Positions 34,901 to 39,031 of a stretch of DNA of 39,031 nucleotides are shown here, piece by piece. This stretch comes from a virus (taxonomy: Duplodnaviria; Caudoviricetes). The translations under genes and the position numbers were made by a program. The notes under the pieces are model-generated. The model had not been told where the DNA came from and searched no databases. It saw only the letters and a list, made by a program, of their open reading frames with translations. Location: positions 1-39,031 of IMG/VR virus record IMGVR_UViG_3300030095_001135. One strand, written 5' to 3'. Each line of letters opens with the position of its first letter. The stretch's first letter is position 1.

Positions 34901-35372
34901 TGATCATAAGTTATACTCTTCTAAATCATATGGAAACCTTCTAATAAACGACAGGGTATTAAATGACTTTAATCATTACTTACAGAATGAATACCAAGAA
35001 TATAGTTTAGATGGTAAAACCTTACTAACTGGTACACACTCTATGTTCTTAGAAACAATAAAAAGTCCTTATTTCCAAGCAGAAAGTAAAGATCCTACTT
35101 CCCCTTATAAGATGCCAACACCAGCAATGCCTTGGTTCTTAATGCCTATATTCAAAGGAGCATTAAAGCCAGATGTTGATTGGAATCGTGCAGATAATCC
35201 AAAAAGACGTTTATTACAGAATAGAAGAGATACAATATTAAAAGGTGCTAAGGAATCTTGGTTCTTACAGAGCATTAAACATTACGACGGTGATTTAACT
35301 TTGAAGTTCCCCATGCCTCAAGAAATGGTTAAAAGAATCCAACTAAATAGAACTCAACTAGATTTTGACTAA
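28938..35372 (+). CDS. Large internal virion protein (gp16-like by position)
   Basis: 2144-aa ORF directly before the tail fibre. Confidence 0.7.
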   Translation: MGAYLPLRNGSREFITDMDTYDERYQQEWAEELKQQEEQKKLREKESPFGDGILKDFKDKGIFKLGTDGEVLRGDDPFTDEVETDKLQFADEKGIGGNIPIGMQKNMMGQAKMLTHGLSNVVNFPFALHDLAKTQQALPYQTIHSLFKSEEQKELDQQASMEAFNELLRTGKKPDGTSYGIQADWGPFGEMFSPDSDFQKALRPTSFWGKLGADIISAFTFEGGARALSKTVPNLVGGASTKQLALNLPKSYGVWQGITERNLSKVYKGVGAWFLKEGLYELGMDMMFIRPDLPESWHERINEIQQEASPEDRINMMQMLTADTDEEFNLAVETIKEWPMTLGSMVVLRGLFKTANWALRDVSQGVDPKVALDNASKKVAPEIAKEIEPIAAEKTAEGIEVQLGKVNTEMNRLVDQSALNIASGTRAGAESYLTKKSQLTEGVPELQKRLKGTEPLVENVKEIDSQIDEIQKKYSVNTEKQIAKKLKDQTARVKDYERQIRKDPNWIKSRSNKTKYNKASNAAKNLQILQELRKARGSMVVEQTGLTGAGDVFDLRQGISEELESIFDQVDEGQIGFDNAINDATILVRRLEELDNYRRELLKGKGLTSEIDLQFPGVNGFVMRKLRQIINDVGVARAAGGLDEKYMNQVVQEIDELHHKLIGKGGMAPVVPEQPEALNIPGDTKKIEKLTGDLDADPWIDELAEGVEEGAQKGATEAVEEGVPAAEKTIDVGAVPEEKAGAITLSQAIEQVGEIPEAKKKGWKKLLRTLPEGQQAEVAIDRIIAAFEEFSKGATAKDRVWPVSSVGDLARFLNIVRVMIEEGTQKGLRDLEKTLAAYDKLTLSGTGRRKYIQEWFPGVKGFLKSGRAVRDINAGKKADPRPSLFGTTPDTQKALPPIKENKIPKQPSPIEVEAPITTNKEGTPVVDKTELANRRAAAKPFRGESTKAKTRRTIQRKKTPKLEKPTTEFDAQQKLNTLEQGIANQRKAAEEYLKLHPGDFRGASEIFNKGTTGELYNSTAEAVEAFVGNIQAYRTPNKKTLGAEMIKAAKVMSTVVGEEQSVVWERFMLYAELEDIAQNISEKFHMVTAGVSMIEETTNAVLREASNLNKYFGVERGIVENSLADAANQAMIDGKLVTKQEAMDRFVLAWRNFDKMLSATERTFYAAGNLLGILKDEFRIKVAGGKTSPIFNEVNKELFERFGTEEDITKAFTENLEKADKQLGEKLNPTFKKLLNGEKLNQEEIQGFQMFVDKVRRTNGDITKLKEVELGGDAILARLQTQNPLSTMHAPFNLPLQGLVDMNFQLFSSMWIMAGDSAFSRWILKDIPRAKASWKEYLWARDTMLVGRYSFNQGLQDSYYRFLLGKNIADAGQMSNRAYKLSQGGVVREQAILDDLASTKMNIPLVNWVLDKNNMNKKTFELLNNTRVGMKVFHDYAIPGEAWELRSGIGKTLGASTSAIRGLTGLGTKSYYPGGQEVNMTLWGQIFAAGDEMVSSMYANSSVQARVTQNVRNMLSQKLAKGDLRLEDVPREGSISFKKELVKEMKSMYANGLISDVKAGYNNQTIGKAIIDKQIHELTQIANRTEELKGIRADAQKMIQLMTKSENQYLRWFGREIAPITVSPLNEMKKIVMISAGGEMLQFSGDMALTAAQKMGWDKTLSNLKPLNIPVIGKELDKYAPQWADKLKTFKSKYTHKDPKIRAAAQTALAWSISLNATVFALTLDGEQEITGNKFHTYKSDKFHKKSYEWTVGGRPLPYRYLGLLGSTIALHANMRDAAQFGSSRADANVLTMAMIMTANTLLDTPQSQGFQQINRVLEAAANGDPFPAQKMISKAIEKASSPHMTARRQIIQGFLPDISSRPEARFGKGWKEKGKLTDAIGSELNPFTATANLAWRSQEHDLVGLIANLVFPIATGALDGEGTVNEADSYYKSRQAVWYGVPGEPFQSEYTGAAMLPKTILGRNWSFPNKLNDPVNAAMSLYLIKGADHKLYSSKSYGNLLINDRVLNDFNHYLQNEYQEYSLDGKTLLTGTHSMFLETIKSPYFQAESKDPTSPYKMPTPAMPWFLMPIFKGALKPDVDWNRADNPKRRLLQNRRDTILKGAKESWFLQSIKHYDGDLTLKFPMPQEMVKRIQLNRTQLDFD

Positions 35373-38041
35373 TGGCTTATTCATCTAGGACTTATACCCC
35401 AGGTTCCTCAACAACTACTTTTGCTCTTACTACTTCTGGTGGAGATCCTATTGGATATATAAGAGAATCTGATATTGCTGTAAAAGTAAACGGTAGTGTT
35501 GTAGCTGCTAATACTTATTCATTCTCAGGTACAAAGACTGTTGAGCAGCCAAGTGGAGGAAATATTGTACTTAATTCAGGTGTAACTGGAACAGTCATAT
35601 TAGAAAGAACTACAGCTTTCCAAAATGCAACTGTTGTTTATACCGCTGGTTCAACTCTTACATCTACTGACCTTAACAACGCAGATAACCAAATTAGATT
35701 TAGTCTTCAAGAATTTGCTGATGATTACTCATCTCTACTAGGTACAGGAGGAAATCTAACTAACTTAGCTTCCTTTCTTGGTGGTTCAGATACTTGGGTT
35801 AGTAACGACGCTAAAGCAGCTACTACAAGTGCTATTGACGGTCAAATAGATACTAAAACAACAGCAAAAGTAAAAGACGACATAATTGCTACAGCTCCAG
35901 TATCCATAGCAGATGACAGCCCTAGTGCTGGAAAGATTACTATTTCTGTTGATGCTGAATTAACAGAGCTAGCCACAATGAGCACAGGTACTGCTCAGGC
36001 TTTAGCAGATTTAACAGGCACAGAAGTACAAATATTAGATGGGGCTACTCTTACAACTACTGAACTGAACTATGTAGATGGTGTTACATCCGCTGTTCAG
36101 ACGCAGATAGATGGTAAGCAACCTTTAGATGGAGAGCTTACAGAGCTAGCTACAATGGCTAGTGGTACTGCAGGTGCTCTAGCAGATTTAACCCAAGCAG
36201 AAGTAGAGATACTAGATGGAGCTACGGTTTCTACAGCAGAATTAAACATTTTAGATGGAGTTACCTCTACAACAGCAGAATTAAACATCCTTGACGGTGT
36301 AACCTCTACTGCTGCTGAGTTAAATATCCTTGATGGGGTTACTGCTACTACAGCAGAGCTTAATTATGTAGATGGAGTAACTTCTAACGCTCAAACCCAG
36401 TTAGATGCTAAACAACCTCTTGATGCAGACTTAACAACTCTTGCTGGAATGCAGGGTGCTACTGCTTCAATCCTTGCAGGTAGTACAGCTCTTACCTCAA
36501 CCCTAACTGAGCTTAACCAGATTGATGGTAAGACTATTGGAGAGACTACTCTTACTACTAATAGTAATACAGCTCTACCAACTTCTAAAGCGGTAGCTGA
36601 TCACGTAGCTGGAGCTGTAACAGCAGTTGGAGGTTTAGTAGCCGTAGCCACTGAGGTTGCTTTCCCAGTAACTGCTTCTCAACCAGCCTCAGGCGTAGTT
36701 GTCAGTGTTAGTGACGCTGCAGGTGTGGTTATCAACGGTTCAGGTGTATCTACCACTGGTAGGACTACTGATGGTACACCTGCAACTGTAACTATAAACA
36801 ACTTCCCATCTACTCTTTACAGTAAAACTCTAGCGGCTGGTGTAGGTCTACAAGTAACTTCTACAGGAAGCAGTAATACCTATAATTACCACAAAATACT
36901 AGCTTCAGAAGCTGACGTTGAGCAGCTTTCAGGTGATATAGACGACTTCAATGAGAGGTATCGTCACGGAGCTAATGACCCTGGATCTAATAACGATGAG
37001 GGTGATTTATTCTTTAACACGAACTCCAACACCATGAAGGTGTATGACGGTTCAGCTTGGGGAGAAGTTACATCAACTGGAGACTTTAAGTTCCTATTCT
37101 TATGTCCTAAGAGTGGTGGATCAGGAGCACCAACCTTTGACGGATCTGAAAAAGAGTTTGACTTAAGAGAAACAAGTAACTCAGGTACAGGAGCTAGTGT
37201 TACCAATGCTGCTCAGTTGATGATCTCAGTCAACGGAGTAGTCCAAAAACCAAACGCAGGTACTAATGAATCAGGACTAGATGGTTTTGTACTAGCTGAT
37301 GCTAATACCATTAAATTCTGTGGAGCACCTGCTGCTAATGATGAGATATTCGTTATTCAAAGTGGTTCAGCCGTAACCCTTAACGCTCCAGCTAATAACA
37401 CAGTTGCTACAGATACTCTCCAATCTCAAGCTGTTACTGAAGCAAAGATGCTTATCAGTAACGCACCTGGTGATGGTAAATTCCTACAATATAAAGACTC
37501 TTCAGATAAGCTAACTTGGGCAGATGTACCAGCAGGAGTAGGAGGTGCAACAGGCGTTGATTTTAATGATGGCGTAAAGGCTAGATGGGGTACAGGAAAC
37601 GATTTAGAAGTATATCATTCAGATACTGGAAACAAATCATTCATAACTCATTCAGGAGCAGGCGCATTAGAAATTTATAGTTCTGGTGATAATACTTTGA
37701 TTAAATCAGATGAAGACGTTTATTTAATGGTGAATGGTACAGAGAATGGCGTTTATGTTCAAAAAAATGGGAAAGTTGCACTATATTTCGATAATGCACT
37801 CAAGGCAGAAACGGTAACAGGCGGCTTCACTATTTCAGGAACTTGCACTGCGACCTCATATGCAGGTGATGGATCATCTTTAACAGGTGTCGCTTCAGCT
37901 ACAGCAGATGGTTGCTTATATGAAAACAACCAGTCGATCACTAACAACTATACGATAGCGTCAGGAAAGGGAGCACATTCCGTTGGCCCTCTTGCTATTA
38001 GTGCCACACTAACTATTAACGGAACCTTAGTTATAAGCTAG
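35372..38041 (+). CDS. Tail fibre protein (T7 gp17-like N-terminus)
   Basis: N-terminal attachment domain (Y....I.VKVNG, R.T, GS.L...DLN...Q.....QE) and Thr/Ala/Gly-rich repeats. Confidence 0.9.
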   Translation: MAYSSRTYTPGSSTTTFALTTSGGDPIGYIRESDIAVKVNGSVVAANTYSFSGTKTVEQPSGGNIVLNSGVTGTVILERTTAFQNATVVYTAGSTLTSTDLNNADNQIRFSLQEFADDYSSLLGTGGNLTNLASFLGGSDTWVSNDAKAATTSAIDGQIDTKTTAKVKDDIIATAPVSIADDSPSAGKITISVDAELTELATMSTGTAQALADLTGTEVQILDGATLTTTELNYVDGVTSAVQTQIDGKQPLDGELTELATMASGTAGALADLTQAEVEILDGATVSTAELNILDGVTSTTAELNILDGVTSTAAELNILDGVTATTAELNYVDGVTSNAQTQLDAKQPLDADLTTLAGMQGATASILAGSTALTSTLTELNQIDGKTIGETTLTTNSNTALPTSKAVADHVAGAVTAVGGLVAVATEVAFPVTASQPASGVVVSVSDAAGVVINGSGVSTTGRTTDGTPATVTINNFPSTLYSKTLAAGVGLQVTSTGSSNTYNYHKILASEADVEQLSGDIDDFNERYRHGANDPGSNNDEGDLFFNTNSNTMKVYDGSAWGEVTSTGDFKFLFLCPKSGGSGAPTFDGSEKEFDLRETSNSGTGASVTNAAQLMISVNGVVQKPNAGTNESGLDGFVLADANTIKFCGAPAANDEIFVIQSGSAVTLNAPANNTVATDTLQSQAVTEAKMLISNAPGDGKFLQYKDSSDKLTWADVPAGVGGATGVDFNDGVKARWGTGNDLEVYHSDTGNKSFITHSGAGALEIYSSGDNTLIKSDEDVYLMVNGTENGVYVQKNGKVALYFDNALKAETVTGGFTISGTCTATSYAGDGSSLTGVASATADGCLYENNQSITNNYTIASGKGAHSVGPLAISATLTINGTLVIS
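35951..36445 (+). repeat. Nested coding repeats in the tail fibre
   Basis: A 59-aa unit starts at 35951, again at 36128 and partially at 36422. Four tandem 13-aa (39-nt) xxAELN(I/Y)(L/V)DGVT(S/A) units lie at 36230-36385. Confidence 0.85.
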
Positions 38042-38050
38042 AATAACTTT

Positions 38051-38596
38051 ATGGCAATCACGTTAAACGGATCGAATAATACAATCGCTGGTTTAGCTGT
38101 TGGAGGCTTGCCTGATGGAATAGTCGATACAGATATGTTGGCTGCAAATGCAGTGGCAACAGCAAAGATTCCTGATAATGCAGTTACAGGGCCAAAAAGA
38201 GGAGCAGGTGCGGTTCTTCAAGTTGTAACTGATATTGACGCGGGACAATTCGTGACAACCAGTAGTTCGTGGCAGTGGCAGGGCTTAGATGTAAGTATTA
38301 CCCCGTCTTCTGCAAGTAATAAAGTTCTTATTCTTGTTGGATTAGCAATGGATGGGCAAAGCAACCAAGCTTTTATGACTTTGTATAGAGGAACCGATAA
38401 TCTAGGAGGAACTGAAGGATTTGGAGCAGCCCAACATGAGGCTAGATGTATATCAGGTCTTGTTTATTTAGATAGCCCAACCTCGTCAGTACAATATAGA
38501 GTAGCTGTTAGAAATGGTAATAACTCTAGTACCATTGAATGTCCTCCTTGGTCTTCTGGTAAACAATCAATAGTTGCTATGGAGATTCAAGGCTAA
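38051..38596 (+). CDS. Accessory tail fibre / receptor-binding-like protein
   Basis: GGLPDG.V..D.LA, G.VLQVV, ITPSSAS.KVLI, YLDSP and MEI ending typical of marine phage accessory fibres. Confidence 0.7.
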   Translation: MAITLNGSNNTIAGLAVGGLPDGIVDTDMLAANAVATAKIPDNAVTGPKRGAGAVLQVVTDIDAGQFVTTSSSWQWQGLDVSITPSSASNKVLILVGLAMDGQSNQAFMTLYRGTDNLGGTEGFGAAQHEARCISGLVYLDSPTSSVQYRVAVRNGNNSSTIECPPWSSGKQSIVAMEIQG

Positions 38597-38877
38597 TGGC
38601 AAAGAAAAAACACGATTCAATCTACAAATTATATCCAAGTGTTGTTAATATTAGAACAACAGATGGAATAAATTATCAAGCTTTTGATAAAGATGGAAAA
38701 GAAGTATCAATTAACAAAACAGATATAGAGGCTGATTGGGTAAAAGAAGAATACCAAAGTAAAAGGGTAGCTGAATACCCTTCAATCGCCGATCAGTTGG
38801 ATGACATCTACCATAATGGTATAGATGCTTGGAAAGCCACCATTAAAACCACCAAAGATAAGTATCCTAAAAGCTAA
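38596..38877 (+). CDS. Small tail-fibre-associated protein (putative chaperone)
   Basis: Y...R..EYPSI.DQLD.IYH.G...WK..I...KDKYPK; TAATG coupling. Confidence 0.7.
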   Translation: MAKKKHDSIYKLYPSVVNIRTTDGINYQAFDKDGKEVSINKTDIEADWVKEEYQSKRVAEYPSIADQLDDIYHNGIDAWKATIKTTKDKYPKS

Positions 38878-39031
38878 TGGGCGCAATTAAACTACCACAC
38901 GCATCAGGAAATAGCATGAGCATCGCAGCTCCTGCAACGAATCCTGCTTCTGATTTAGAACTTAAACTACCTGCAACTATTGGTACTGCTGGTCAAGTAT
39001 TAACGAATAGCTCTACTGCTGGAACGCTTGA
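38877..39031 (+). CDS. Accessory tail fibre protein, 3'-truncated
   Basis: MGAIKLPHASGNSMSIAAPATNPASDLELKLPATIGTAGQVL..., open to window end; TAATG coupling. Confidence 0.7.
   Translation, partial: MGAIKLPHASGNSMSIAAPATNPASDLELKLPATIGTAGQVLTNSSTAGTL

Noticed and set aside
36230-36385. 39-nt repeats as a CRISPR array or DGR template
   Set aside because: In-frame coding repeats with no spacers; no cas or reverse transcriptase gene.
1-39031. tRNA, psbA, talC, integrase/attP, intein or full group I intron
   Set aside because: None recognisable by eye. The window is incomplete at both ends, so absence from the genome is not established.

Overview
Most of a T7-like marine cyanophage (podovirus) genome, apparently circularly permuted. 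A Prochlorococcus/Synechococcus host is inferred from hli, the short cyanophage-type class I RNR and a Downstream-peptide riboswitch. Gene order: an inverted membrane/secreted-protein module, terS, terL and HNH; a non-coding stretch that probably holds the genome ends; small early genes; a minus-strand host-interaction cassette (small outer-membrane protein, hli, glutamine-II riboswitch, 14-aa YRG peptide); the replication block (SSB, endonuclease I, primase-helicase, family A DNA polymerase, Endo VII-like nuclease, NrdR-like Zn ribbon, exonuclease, DUF3310, MazG-like, RNR alpha/beta); and the virion block (gp7.3-like proteins, portal, scaffold, capsid, tail tubes, internal proteins, tail fibres). 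No phage RNA polymerase or integrase is visible where T7-like phages normally carry them. The early region instead has sigma70-like promoters and two families of repeated palindromes. The main candidate for a new system is a ~54-nt promoter-to-terminator small RNA (8202-8255). Its 5' end (GGUAAAGGAUAC) is complementary to a TCCTTTAC motif that I found five times, each 2-18 nt upstream of an early or replication start codon. All calls were made by eye; no searches or folding programs were run.
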